A stretch of DNA of 60,993 nucleotides, counting the filler, from Deltaproteobacteria bacterium (GTDB lineage: Bacteria; JACQOV01): assembly GCA_016202395.1 (NCBI GenBank). It is 5 parts of 5 records of this genome, joined end to end, with 100 filler letters (N's around TTAATTAATTAA, not from the genome) between each part and the next. Parts side by side here need not be neighbours in the genome. Positions count along the whole stretch, not along the records: positions 18,620 to 25,414 come from JACQOV010000101.1; positions 25,515 to 47,683 come from JACQOV010000104.1; 3 more parts are not named here. The stretch is one strand, 5' to 3'. This document shows, piece after piece, positions 24,705 to 34,409 of this stretch (positions within the stretch are counted from its first letter, which is position 1; the number at the start of each line of letters is the position of its first letter). The notes below the pieces were generated by a model, which saw nothing but the letters and a program-made list of their open reading frames with translations, was not told the origin of the DNA and searched no databases. The translations under genes were made by a program, and so were the position numbers.

Positions 24705-25414
24705 GTGGGACAACAAAGCATCTCATTCGAGAGGATATCCTTTCTATCTTTGGCTTTTGTTCTGGCTGTTTTTGCCCTTTCGTTCAAAGCGCAAGCGGAA
24801 TTACAAAGAAGAGAGCTTTCCTCTGTAAGGCAAGTTCGAAACTGCTCTGCGGGGTTTCCGCGTCCTCGTTCTCTATCAGACCTCATAGAAGGTTTTGATT
24901 TAAAAGCTTTGTCTTTGAAGGGATTGTCTCAGACTTTTTTGTTGAACTGTGCTGACGCCAGATTTGTGGGGGAGAGTACGGGAGATTCTGCAGGACAATC
25001 TGTTTCTGGGATTGGAGATATTAATGGGGACGGTTTTGACGATTTGCTCATTGGGGTTCCGCAAGAAAGCTCAGAATATCAAGACGGTGGAGCTGCTTAT
25101 CTCTTTTTAGGTCCTGTACAAGGGACCCTCGATCTATCCCAAGCCGATCTAAAATTTGTTGGCCAGCGTGCAGGGGACATAGCAGGGACGGTTGTTGCGA
25201 GGGCGGGAGATGTCAACGCCGACGGTTTCTCCGATTTCCTCATAGGCGCTCCCGCTTTTTATGATCCCACAGGCCATGTTTACCTGTTCTATGGCGATCC
25301 GAATTTTATGGCGAGATTCTCGGAGCCGGTTGTGTCTCTTGGGGATGCGGATGTCGTTATTGAAGGGGGGTGGGGAACAGGAGTTGTTGCTGGAGCAGGG
25401 GATGTGAATGGGGA
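24705..25414 (+). CDS. Secreted FG-GAP/integrin-alpha repeat protein (3' truncated)
   Basis: Signal peptide ending AQA; GDINGDGFDDLLIG, GDVNADGFSDFLIGAP, GDVNG repeats. Confidence 0.88.
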
Positions 25415-25514
25415 NNNNNNNNNNNNNNNNNNNNNNNNNNNNNNNNNNNNNNNNNNNNTTAATTAATTAANNNNNNNNNNNNNNNNNNNNNNNNNNNNNN
25501 NNNNNNNNNNNNNN
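25415..25514. other. Artificial contig linker
   Basis: N44-TTAATTAATTAA-N44. Confidence 0.99.
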
Positions 25515-25630
25515 CGTGGAGCACGCCTGGGGGAAGCCCCATGACAGGACCCGCGAGGCCAAACAACGCGGGTCAAAAATCTTGTGAGTGAAGCGAGAAA
25601 AAACATTCCCGTGGACTTTTCCCACCGATC
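25515..25630. mobile_element. MITE family C-related right end, truncated by contig start
   Basis: GGGTCAAAAATCTTG...AAAACATTCCCGTGGACTTTTCCCACCGATC is the inverted counterpart of 18310-18368. Confidence 0.7.
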
Positions 25631-25757
25631 AGTCCAAAATTTCTGGTGTGAGCGAAAAGGAATACCCTGACCTAGAAACTGGGGGTGGACGAGACGCGAA
25701 GCGCCCTTGATGTGAAAAGCAGGATCGGTTACGATTCGGTTCTAAAAAGGAGAGGGG

Positions 25758-27821
25758 ATGTATCGGAAAAATAAAGGGATCGATGAGCTTTGTGTTAACG
25801 CCATTCGATTTTTGTCGATCGATGTGGTGGAAAAAGCGAAATCAGGGCACCCGGGGCTCCCGATGGGGGCGGCCCCCATGGCCTATACCCTCTGGCAGAG
25901 GCATCTGCGGCATAATCCGAAAAATCCAACGTGGCCGGATCGAGACCGGTTTGTCCTTTCAGCGGGGCATGGGAGCATGCTCCTCTACTCCCTGTTGCAT
26001 CTCACAGGTTACGACTTAAGCATGGAAGATATCCTCGCCTTTCGACAATGGGAGAGCCGAACCCCAGGGCATCCCGAATCGATTTTAACCCCAGGAGTGG
26101 AAGCCACGACAGGCCCGCTAGGACAAGGGAGCGTCAATGCGGTTGGGATGGCGATGGCGGAGCGTTTTTTGGCGAATCGATTTAATCGTCCCGATTTCAC
26201 CCTTATCGACCATTACACCTACGCTTTGGTTTCCGATGGGGATTTGATGGAGGGGATCTCGGCTGAAGCCGGCTCTCTTGCCGGACATCTCAAACTCGGA
26301 AAACTGATCTATCTTTACGACGCCAACCAAATCTCGCTCGATGGTCCCATCACGAAAACCTTCTCCACAGAGGTAGTGACCAATCGGTATGATGCTTATC
26401 GTTGGCAGATCCTGAGTGTGTTTGATGGGAACAACGATATTGAGGATATCGATCAAGCGATCCAAAAGGCTAAAGCCGATCTTTCTCGACCTTCCTTGAT
26501 TCTTATCCATACCATGATTGGCTACGGCTCTCCCAATAAAATGGGGAGTTCGGAGGCTCATGGATCTCCCTTGGGGGAGGAGGAGATTCGACTTACTAAA
26601 AAGTTTTTTGGTTGGGATCCCGATCAACATTTCTATATTCCAGAAGAGGCGCTGACCCATTTTCGATCTGCTGTGGCGCGAGGCGCAAAGTTGCAGGAAG
26701 AGTGGGAAAAACAGTTTAAGGCTTACTCCAAAAAATATCCCGATCTGGCTCGAGAGTGGAAGCAAGCGATGTCTGGAGAGCTTCCCGACGGTTGGGATCA
26801 AGAGATTCCGCAATGGGGTCCTAAAGAAAAGTTGGCAACCCGTCAAGCGGGGGGGAAGGCCCTTAACGCTATTGCCGCTCGTGTTCCCTGGCTTATTGGA
26901 GGGGATGCGGATCTGGCGGTTTCTACGAACACCACTTTGAAAGACGCAGGCTCTTTTGATGGCCAAACCGGCGCTGGGAAAAATATCCACTTTGGTGTTC
27001 GGGAACATGCGATGGGGGGGATCGTGAACGGCATGGCCTATCATGGGGGGATTCGTCCTTTTGCTGCTACCTTTTTTTGTTTCTCCGATTACATGCGCCC
27101 CTCGGTTCGGTTGGCCGCTCTGAGTGAGCTCCCTGTGATTTATGTTTGGACGCATGATTCCATCGGGCTTGGAGAGGATGGACCCACTCACGAGCCGATT
27201 GAACATTTAATGTCTTTGAGGGTCATGCCCAATCTTGTTGTGATTCGACCTGCCGATGCCAATGAAACGGCGGAGGCCTGGCGCTATGCGATGCAGCATC
27301 GAAAAGGGCCCGTGGCGATCATCTTGACCCGTCAAACTCTCCCTGTTATTGATCGAGAGCGGTATGCTCCGGCGTCGGGTTTGGCAAAAGGGGCCTACGT
27401 TTTGGCCGATGTGGGGAAAGGATTACCGCAGGCGATCCTCATGGCTACAGGCTCCGAGGTTTCTATCGCTCTTTCGGCCCAGGAGGCCTTGGCCGTGGAA
27501 GGGATTGCCACTCGAGTGGTCTCTATGCCCTCGTGGGAACTTTTCAAGGCTCAGAGTCAGGAGTATCGAGACTCCGTGTTGCCTCCGAAAGTTAAGGCGC
27601 GCGTTTCTGTGGAAGCAGGGGTCACTTTAGGTTGGAGTCATTGGATTGGAGATCAGGGTGTGGCGATTGGCATTGACCGTTTTGGCGCTTCGGCTCCAGG
27701 CAATGTGAATATGGAAAAGTTTGGGTTTACGGCACAGAATATCGTTCAAACAGTCCGCAATCTGATTCCCTCTCCCCATCCCATCGAGGAGAGGGTAAAG
27801 GGTGAGGGGGAAAATCGATGA
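25758..27821 (+). CDS. tkt: Transketolase
   Basis: [50 protein letters not shown]. Confidence 0.98.
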   Translation: MYRKNKGIDELCVNAIRFLSIDVVEKAKSGHPGLPMGAAPMAYTLWQRHLRHNPKNPTWPDRDRFVLSAGHGSMLLYSLLHLTGYDLSMEDILAFRQWESRTPGHPESILTPGVEATTGPLGQGSVNAVGMAMAERFLANRFNRPDFTLIDHYTYALVSDGDLMEGISAEAGSLAGHLKLGKLIYLYDANQISLDGPITKTFSTEVVTNRYDAYRWQILSVFDGNNDIEDIDQAIQKAKADLSRPSLILIHTMIGYGSPNKMGSSEAHGSPLGEEEIRLTKKFFGWDPDQHFYIPEEALTHFRSAVARGAKLQEEWEKQFKAYSKKYPDLAREWKQAMSGELPDGWDQEIPQWGPKEKLATRQAGGKALNAIAARVPWLIGGDADLAVSTNTTLKDAGSFDGQTGAGKNIHFGVREHAMGGIVNGMAYHGGIRPFAATFFCFSDYMRPSVRLAALSELPVIYVWTHDSIGLGEDGPTHEPIEHLMSLRVMPNLVVIRPADANETAEAWRYAMQHRKGPVAIILTRQTLPVIDRERYAPASGLAKGAYVLADVGKGLPQAILMATGSEVSIALSAQEALAVEGIATRVVSMPSWELFKAQSQEYRDSVLPPKVKARVSVEAGVTLGWSHWIGDQGVAIGIDRFGASAPGNVNMEKFGFTAQNIVQTVRNLIPSPHPIEERVKGEGENR
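27768..27810. repeat. REP-like element (CCCTCTCC...GGAGAGGG..AGGGTGAGGG) in tkt 3' end
   Basis: Hairpin plus purine tail; same layout as 36759-36794. Confidence 0.6.
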
Positions 27822-28315
27822 TTGTTGCTGTCGGTTCCGATCACGCGGGATTTCCGTTGAAGATTCACGCCATGCAAGAGATCGAAGCCTTAGGGCACAA
27901 GATTTTAGATTGCGGAACGTTCGATGAAAATCCTTGCGACTACCCTGACTTCGCTAGAAAAGTGGGGGAGGCGATCGTGTCTGGAAAGGCCGAACGCGGG
28001 ATTATTCTTTGTGGAAGTGGCGTTGGGGCCTCCATCGCAGCCAGCAAAATTCCGGGCGTCCGTGCCGCAGTTTGCCACGACCTCTATTCAGCCGCTCAAG
28101 GGGTGGAACACGACGACATGAATGTGTTGTGTCTCGGGGCTCGTGTGATTGACGCCAAACTTGCCCGCAAATTGGTTCCAAAGTTTTTGAATGCCCAATT
28201 CCAAAGCAAAGAAGAACGTTTTGTTCGTCGCCTTGGCAAGGTCCAAAAGATCGAACGGGACGCCCTCTCCGGCCTGTTTGATCGCAAGTCTGAAGAGGTT
28301 GAGATACATCGGTAA
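27818..28315 (+). CDS. rpiB: Ribose-5-phosphate isomerase B
   Basis: [25 protein letters not shown]. Confidence 0.96.
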   Translation: MIVAVGSDHAGFPLKIHAMQEIEALGHKILDCGTFDENPCDYPDFARKVGEAIVSGKAERGIILCGSGVGASIAASKIPGVRAAVCHDLYSAAQGVEHDDMNVLCLGARVIDAKLARKLVPKFLNAQFQSKEERFVRRLGKVQKIERDALSGLFDRKSEEVEIHR

Positions 28316-28398
28316 CAGTGGGAGTATCGATGGGAAGATGGGGTAAAGGGAGGTAGAGTGGGGCTATATTCTTCAATTATTAAGGGGGAAGTAGGGAT

Positions 28399-29463
28399 AT
28401 GGGGTTGTTTAAAGAAACTCTAACCAGACGGTCTTTAATGCTTTTTTGCTTCTGGATGGGGAGTCGCATTGCAGGGGTTCAAGCCGGTATCCAATACTTT
28501 TATGGAGATTTCCTTGACTCAGTCTCTGTCGTAGCCGATACCGAGGGGAGAGTCATTCAAAACCAGCAGTATACTCCTTTTGGCGAAACCATCTTCCTCA
28601 GTAATGCCATTCCAACCCCTCCTTACCGGTTCACAAATCAAGAGGTCGATACAACAACAGATCTCTATTATTACGGAGCTCGATATTACGATCCAACCGA
28701 GTCGCGGTTTCTCAGTCGCGATCCGATGGGGGGACGATCCCCTTATGCCTATGTTCGCAATAATCCAATCCGGTATGTCGACCCGGATGGAAGAGAAGAA
28801 AAGATCTCTCCCTTTGAATCTTTGTTGCTCAGTTTTTTAGGGAAAGAGACGGATCCCCCTTTGCGGTTTGAGTGTGATGGTAAAGAAGGTTTCTTCGTAG
28901 TAGAGAAAACAGGCAGGCATCGATCTCCTTGGCTCGAGATAGTAGCGCTTCGATACCAACAATACAACGACAACTCTCAACCTATGGGAGGCCCTAATCT
29001 TGCCGTTGTTGTTGGCTTGTTTGGGCGCTCGAAATTCGTGGTTGCCTTGCCAATCCCAAGAGGGGAAGGGTCAACCCCTGCGGCTCCTCAGGGAGAAAAG
29101 GAGGTTGCAACCCCATCCATACCATCGGAATCTCGCAAAACGACTGGAGAGATTACAGGAACAAACGTGAAAAGTTTTTCTTCTTTCGCTGAACTCCCTT
29201 GGGAAAGCTCTTCTACTATTATAGATCCCAATCGACTCGACGCAACATTCGGTCCAGGAGACCCCCTCCGTAATTTCTACGAAGCGGCCTCTCAGGATCC
29301 CGAGGGGACCTATGAACGCTTTGTAAAAGCCAATGGAGAAGTACCCCCAAGTAGGGTTGAGTATAGATCGATGGTGTGGAAAATTTTTCAGCAGTTTAAT
29401 CCTCCTCCAAGGCCTCAAGAGCCACCGGTTGATGACCCATTTCAAATGCAACTCCCCGAATAG
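28399..29463 (+). CDS. Small RHS repeat-associated core domain protein with unrecognised C-terminal domain
   Basis: YTPFGE, YRFTNQE, LYYYGARYYDP..SRFLSRDP, YAYVRNNPIRYVDPDG. Confidence 0.88.
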   Translation: MGLFKETLTRRSLMLFCFWMGSRIAGVQAGIQYFYGDFLDSVSVVADTEGRVIQNQQYTPFGETIFLSNAIPTPPYRFTNQEVDTTTDLYYYGARYYDPTESRFLSRDPMGGRSPYAYVRNNPIRYVDPDGREEKISPFESLLLSFLGKETDPPLRFECDGKEGFFVVEKTGRHRSPWLEIVALRYQQYNDNSQPMGGPNLAVVVGLFGRSKFVVALPIPRGEGSTPAAPQGEKEVATPSIPSESRKTTGEITGTNVKSFSSFAELPWESSSTIIDPNRLDATFGPGDPLRNFYEAASQDPEGTYERFVKANGEVPPSRVEYRSMVWKIFQQFNPPPRPQEPPVDDPFQMQLPE

Positions 29464-29550
29464 CCCCCGGTTCAAAGGGATGGCCTCCCCAGGAAAACTT
29501 TTCGGAATTAAGCAGTACAGCGCCGGAAGTGATCCTGGAATCGACTCGCC

Positions 29551-30489
29551 TCACATCGGGGTGGCCTGCCCGGTGTCGAGCAGGCGTTGGTTCAAATAAA
29601 TCCCGTTTTTGTAAAAAACATCCGAGAGGTAGCGGTCAAACTTTTCCGGCTTCGATGTTTTAATCGTCAGGTACGACTCGCCTCGCAGCTCTTTCTCCAC
29701 AAATGCCTGAGCCTTCTCCCCCGCTGGCGTCCCCTTCTCAGGAGCGTCGAGTCCCTGAAGCCTCACATACTGGCGTGTCGTTAAACCGAAACCTAAATCG
29801 ATCTGCACACGCAACGTGTCGGCATCCACCACCTTCTCCAGATAAGCCCGATACGTGAAAAGCTCTTCAAGATTCGCAAGCTTTTGAACCACCCCATCCT
29901 TTCCAAACGTAACAAGGTCCCCCTCTTTCAGCCCAAGCGCCTGGAACGGAGCCGCATCCAGGTAGATCGTAAATCCCAGATCGATAAAAAGCTTCCCCCG
30001 GCTCGGATCGATCTTCTCATTCCCCACAATTCGGCAAGTGTGAATCGGCCCCAAAACCGGTTTCTCCAAAGAAGCGGGCCCTAACGCCTTCAGCCTTCCC
30101 TCGCGGACCTTGACTCGAAGCTCATGCGTATTCCAACCCAACCGAACGGTCTGGCGGAGCCAAGTGGCGCGCTCCTTGGGGTCTTTAATCGAAAGAAGCT
30201 CTTGATAATGCCCCCAACTCAATTGTCGCGGCGCCGCGACAATTGCCTTCTTCGGCCAATCCCGAGCAAACTGCACTAATCGATATAAAACAGTTCTATC
30301 GATGCGGAGATCCGCAGTAAGCTTTGAAAGAACCTCTTTCCCGTACTCGGCCCGATCTTGATTTTCAAGAATGTGTTGATGAATGTAATGCCCGGCCTCC
30401 CAATAGGCCTCCAGTTTGATCCGACGCATTCGGTCTTGAGCCAAGGAAAGAGTCGTTTCCACCTTCTGGCGCAACTGAGGATAAGTCAC
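29551..30489 (-). CDS. DUF1016 N-terminal domain fused to thermonuclease (SNase-like) domain
   Basis: YWEAGHYI..RAEYGKEVLSKL..QLSWGHY..GWNTHEL; C-terminal KVVDADTL..VRLQGLDAPE..KFDRYL..LNQRLL. Confidence 0.82.
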   Translation of the reverse strand: MTYPQLRQKVETTLSLAQDRMRRIKLEAYWEAGHYIHQHILENQDRAEYGKEVLSKLTADLRIDRTVLYRLVQFARDWPKKAIVAAPRQLSWGHYQELLSIKDPKERATWLRQTVRLGWNTHELRVKVREGRLKALGPASLEKPVLGPIHTCRIVGNEKIDPSRGKLFIDLGFTIYLDAAPFQALGLKEGDLVTFGKDGVVQKLANLEELFTYRAYLEKVVDADTLRVQIDLGFGLTTRQYVRLQGLDAPEKGTPAGEKAQAFVEKELRGESYLTIKTSKPEKFDRYLSDVFYKNGIYLNQRLLDTGQATPM

Positions 30490-30531
30490 TGCGCGATTGT
30501 ATCACAAATCATCTACGAATGGAGTTCAAGA

Positions 30532-30595
30532 TTCCAGTGACGTGTTATTTTATTATGAAAAGTTTTCACTCTTTAGCAACACGCCACCTGATTTA
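30532..30595 (+). repeat. 64-bp palindromic direct repeat, copy 1
   Basis: 54/64 ungapped identity to 31639-31702. Confidence 0.85.
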
Positions 30596-30609
30596 CTATA
30601 GCTAAGATC

Positions 30610-31617
30610 CTATTGTGATTCATGGACTCTCGATAACCACTCCATTGGCGAGAAGTTAAAGCGCTCTTGTTGCCAGGATGATGCAATGCCAATGTCATAT
30701 CCGTAAGCAATCTCAACTACAATCACGCTCATTTTGTCTGCGTCCGGAAATTTATCAAAGATTATTTCGGCCACTCTGTTTGCGAAGCCATCGTATTCAT
30801 CAACCTTATTGGCGAGAACCACTTGAGAATATAGGTATTTCCCTTTCCTTCCTTCTGCATCACCATACAATCCAACCCTCTTTCCGACTTGGACAATCGC
30901 TCTTTGAACATTCGGTTCTTTTTCAATCGTTCGATGAAGTGATAGCACTGTTTGATAGGGTTCCATATCAATAAAAATAGTCATAAGATAAGGAACCATC
31001 GCAGATCCAATCACAAATATAAAAATCGCTATGTAATGCCCTTTCCATATCGTTCCCTTTGGTTTTACTCCCTGTTCTCTGGAACCAATGACCCATGAAC
31101 CAACAATGAGATCATGAAATGATTGCCGGGTCTTTCGGTTAAAAATGAACAAGTAAATAATAGACAATCCCAAACCAAAAACCACAATCGACAAGATCAA
31201 ATCTCCCCAGGGCATAAAAAATGCCGTATCAATTGGGGCACCATTCAAGAAGAGTGGAATTGCGAGGACGGTATATCTCAGAGACGCTTTCCCAATACTC
31301 AGAGACCCACCGTTAGCATCGATTACTCGAACTTTCGTAAGACGCTTACCAAGCGTCTGGCCATTGCCGATGTGACTGTTTAGTATTCCAAAATAGAGAA
31401 GCGCTACTGTGAATCCAACTATTAGCCCCCAGGTGCCCAACTGAGCGAAGCAATCGGAAAAGACCAGGCCCAAAGCTAAGCCGACAATCCCAATTAACAT
31501 TGAGTCTAGGATGAAGGCCCCAAGGCGTCTCCAGAATCCAGCAATATTTATCTCGGAGCCTGTATAATTTACCGGCTGTTCGATTTCATTACTTTGATTT
31601 GTATCTGTAGTGTTCAT
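30610..31617 (-). CDS. RDD family membrane protein with C-terminal extension
   Basis: AGFWRRLGAFILD, GQTLGKRL, RQSFHDLIVG. Confidence 0.9.
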   Translation of the reverse strand: MNTTDTNQSNEIEQPVNYTGSEINIAGFWRRLGAFILDSMLIGIVGLALGLVFSDCFAQLGTWGLIVGFTVALLYFGILNSHIGNGQTLGKRLTKVRVIDANGGSLSIGKASLRYTVLAIPLFLNGAPIDTAFFMPWGDLILSIVVFGLGLSIIYLFIFNRKTRQSFHDLIVGSWVIGSREQGVKPKGTIWKGHYIAIFIFVIGSAMVPYLMTIFIDMEPYQTVLSLHRTIEKEPNVQRAIVQVGKRVGLYGDAEGRKGKYLYSQVVLANKVDEYDGFANRVAEIIFDKFPDADKMSVIVVEIAYGYDIGIASSWQQERFNFSPMEWLSRVHESQ

Positions 31618-31638
31618 AAAATAGCTCCTACTACGAGG

Positions 31639-31702
31639 TTCCAGTAATGTGTTGCTTTATTATAAAAAGTTTTCACACTTTAGCAACATGCCACACAATT
31701 TA
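31639..31702 (+). repeat. 64-bp palindromic direct repeat, copy 2
   Basis: 54/64 ungapped identity to 30532-30595. Confidence 0.85.
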
Positions 31703-31771
31703 ATACCACTGTTACCGATGTATCTCAACCTCTTCAAGTATGCCCCGGATTATTGGAGGCCTTGCCAGGAG

Positions 31772-31840
31772 TTGACAATATTAGGAACTTACAGCTATAA
31801 TACAAAATAGCTATTAGTTGATAATTCTGCCAACTAACAG
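31772..31840 (+). promoter_or_regulatory. Sigma-70 promoter and inverted-repeat operator of AbiE locus
   Basis: TTGACA-N18-TATAAT (31772-31801), then CTATTAGTTG-N10-CAACTAACAG (9/10 inverted match). Confidence 0.7.
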
Positions 31841-31847
31841 CATGGTT

Positions 31848-32648
31848 ATGATGAAACCAGGCGAGTTTTTCAGTCTACACCCGATATTCACCATAGGTGA
31901 GGTGCGCCAAGCCTGTTTTCGGGGCAAGGCCGACCAAACTGCCAGGGCTAGGCTTTATCGAGCCCAGCGGGCAGGACAGGTTCGGCGGTTGAAGCAGGGG
32001 CTGTATCAGTCCCGGCCAGCCGGCATGGAGGGATTTCCACCACCGTCACCACTGCTTGTTGCAAGCCGCCTGGCATTTGACGCGATCCTCTCCCATCACA
32101 GCGCCTTTGAAGCCTTGGGGGCCGCTCACTCAGTTTTTATGCGCCTGGCCACTTATTGGACGAGAAGTTCACGCCATTGTGTTGCCATAGAGAATGTCCG
32201 TTACCAACCGCTCCTTCATCCCTCTGCGCTTCGCAGAACCCGACGTGAGGAATGGGGCATCGAAACGGTCACTATTCAGGGACTGGATGTTCGGACGACC
32301 GGTCGCGAACGGACCTTTGTAGATGGGCTTCAAGATCTCCGTTGGGTCGGTGGCTGGGAAGAATTCTGTCACTGTGTTGATAAGTTTGCCTATCTCAATC
32401 TGACCCAAGTTCTGGAATATGCTTCCCACATCAACAGTCCGGCGCTGAATAGTCGACTGGGTCTCTTTCTCGAACACAATCAGGAACGCTTCTATGTCGG
32501 CGCAGAGGTCTTGGAAGAACTCCGAAAGAATAGGTCTTCTGTCCCCGTTCCTCTGATCGGTGGCGATAAGACGGGTGGAAAGCGCGAGTCGTCATGGAAC
32601 GTCACCATTCCTCCGAACCTCACTGTTGCCCTCGGAGAGCTCACATGA
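31848..32648 (+). CDS. Type IV TA antitoxin, AbiEi-like transcriptional regulator
   Basis: N-terminal wHTH-like RLKQGLY, LSHHSAF, RTTGRERTFVD, RLGLFLE, C-terminal WN; ATGA overlap with AbiEii-like gene. Confidence 0.8.
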   Translation: MMKPGEFFSLHPIFTIGEVRQACFRGKADQTARARLYRAQRAGQVRRLKQGLYQSRPAGMEGFPPPSPLLVASRLAFDAILSHHSAFEALGAAHSVFMRLATYWTRSSRHCVAIENVRYQPLLHPSALRRTRREEWGIETVTIQGLDVRTTGRERTFVDGLQDLRWVGGWEEFCHCVDKFAYLNLTQVLEYASHINSPALNSRLGLFLEHNQERFYVGAEVLEELRKNRSSVPVPLIGGDKTGGKRESSWNVTIPPNLTVALGELT

Positions 32649-33335
32649 AACGAGACATAAGGACTATCACTCAACTTTCGGAGGCAACGGGTTTTCTCGC
32701 GCTTACCATTGAAAAAGTCGTTCGCCTTGCCGAGATTTTGATCGAACTGCGCTCCCAAGGTTCTGGAACTGGATATTAATTATCTCTATCGCATGCCGAT
32801 ATGGGGAATTAGCGAAAGACAACTGGCGCTTCCTCACGCCGAGATTCAGTGCGCTTTTCCGGTTGTTGACGACCGCGAACTTTGGGCCGGTAAGATAACT
32901 GCGGCCATGTTGCGTGCAGAGCCGCGTGACCTTTATGATCTCGCTTGCATGCCTGAAGAAATCAAAGGGTCAACCGATTTGCGACGCACCACTTTGCTCC
33001 TGGCCTCAGGTGCCCGCCATGACCTACGAACAGTCCATGTTCATGCCATCGAACAACTGACATTTAAGAAAATCGAAGAGCGGCTCTATCCTGTTATTCG
33101 CGCGGGTGGAGTGCTTGCCGCAGACCGGCTTAAGGAGAACGCGTGCAAAATCATCACGATGATTCTCAATTTCAAGGAACAAGAGCGGAACTATCTCGAC
33201 CTCCTTCTTGACCAAGGAGATTACCAACCCGAACATTTATTTCCAGAAAAACAATTACTGGAACGCGTGAGGAAACACCCAGTCTTGCTGTGGAAAGCAA
33301 AAAACGTGCGAGAATTTAAGCGCCGAGACCCATGA
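32645..33335 (+). pseudogene. AbiEii-like nucleotidyltransferase toxin, internally deleted and frameshifted
   Basis: N-part ATGF..IEKVVRL (32645-32779) and C-part LDINYLYRMPIW..ELWAGK..RAEPRDLYD..HPVLLWK in another frame; central GGTAL/DxD block absent. Confidence 0.75.
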
Positions 33336-33386
33336 AATTTGTCCTAAATAGATCTGTCACCTTTTCTGCGTGCCCATAAGTTATTT

Positions 33387-33809
33387 TTAAGTCTTGGTCT
33401 TTTTAGAGGTTCGTGAGTCAATGCTCATGGACCCGGGGCCGTGAGCGAGCACGGTCAATAATCCACCGAGGATCGCCAGATTTTTTAGAAACATAATCAT
33501 CTGGAGCTGCCTTTGATCGGGAGGATCGGCCCAGAAGTTGTGAAAAATGAGCGTGGTGGGAATGAGAAACGCGATCAGCGCCAGCGCTCCCCAACGGGTT
33601 TTAAATCCAATGAGCAGCGATAATCCTCCCCCCAACTCAAAGATAATGGCCATTGCCAAAAAGAAGGGGACCAGCGGCATCCCTTGGGATGCCATATAAG
33701 CCGATGTTCCGGACAGATCCATAATCTTGCCGAAGCCCGCCATCATAAAGATAGCGCTCAAGAACAGTCGGCCGGTCAAAGTTGCCAGGGATTCTAGGGT
33801 CTTGTTCAT
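33387..33809 (-). CDS. DoxX family membrane protein
   Basis: GRLFLSAIF, ELGGGL, FHNFW, FLKNLAILGG. Confidence 0.93.
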   Translation of the reverse strand: MNKTLESLATLTGRLFLSAIFMMAGFGKIMDLSGTSAYMASQGMPLVPFFLAMAIIFELGGGLSLLIGFKTRWGALALIAFLIPTTLIFHNFWADPPDQRQLQMIMFLKNLAILGGLLTVLAHGPGSMSIDSRTSKKTKT

Positions 33810-34018
33810 CTCTCAACCCTCCTTTTTTTCGAGGCCCTCTTTACAATCTCCTCTATTCTGCCTGGTTTTTATTCTCGAGTAAAGAGGCTTGTGCAAAATT
33901 ATAGGAATAATTTTTAATTCACACGCAACAAATGAGGTTGTTGGATCGATAGAGTTAATAGAGAGGATAATATGGGTTACAAGGTTGCTTTTTTGAGTGT
34001 TTTATGTATAATTTAAGC

Positions 34019-34046
34019 ATAGAATTTGAGTTTTACCCGTGGAATT
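34019..34046 (+). pseudogene. Possible 28-bp remnant of a brnT-type toxin gene
   Basis: ATA GAA TTT GAG TTT TAC CCG resembles an MEFEFDP start; 6 nt after TATAAT and directly before the antitoxin. Confidence 0.35.
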
Positions 34047-34304
34047 ATGAAAAAGTTGAAATACAAGACAGCTAGAAAAGAGATCACGGCGGAAGAGTTC
34101 GATAAGGCCTTTGAAGAAGGGAATGTGTCCGATTATCTTGACTTGAAAACGGCAAAAGTGCGAAATCCGATTCATCGAATTAATATTGATATGCCTCAAG
34201 AAATCCTTGAAAAGGTTGATAAAGAGGCGGCGCGTGTGGGTGTTCCCCGAACCTCTTTAATCAAGATCTGGATTGCTGAGAAACTGGATCATCTCTCAAG
34301 TTAA
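34047..34304 (+). CDS. CopG/BrnA-type antitoxin (ribbon-helix-helix), orphan
   Basis: AEEFDKAFEEG..YLDL..RINIDMP..DKEAARVGVPRTSLIKIWIAEKL. Confidence 0.82.
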   Translation: MKKLKYKTARKEITAEEFDKAFEEGNVSDYLDLKTAKVRNPIHRINIDMPQEILEKVDKEAARVGVPRTSLIKIWIAEKLDHLSS

Positions 34305-34409
34305 GGGCGCCTCTAAAAACTATGTTCGTCACGTGAAACTACTTAGAATTTGTGTTCCGGAGGTCTATTCTGCTAATATCTTCTACCCAATAAGATTCTA
34401 GGCACAGCA

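Noticed and set aside
26118-27206. 362-aa antisense ORF (and similar ones at 3440-4120, 57784-58476, 50178-50705)
   Set aside because: Shadows of well-conserved genes on the opposite strand, with no recognisable motifs.
30532-31702. Integron attC, dif or CRISPR reading of the 64-bp repeats
   Set aside because: No RYYYAAC...GTTRRRY order, poor XerC arm, only two copies 1.1 kb apart, no intI or cas genes.
32740-32795. Programmed frameshift joining the AbiEii halves
   Set aside because: No slippery run seen, and the joined product would still lack the catalytic motifs.
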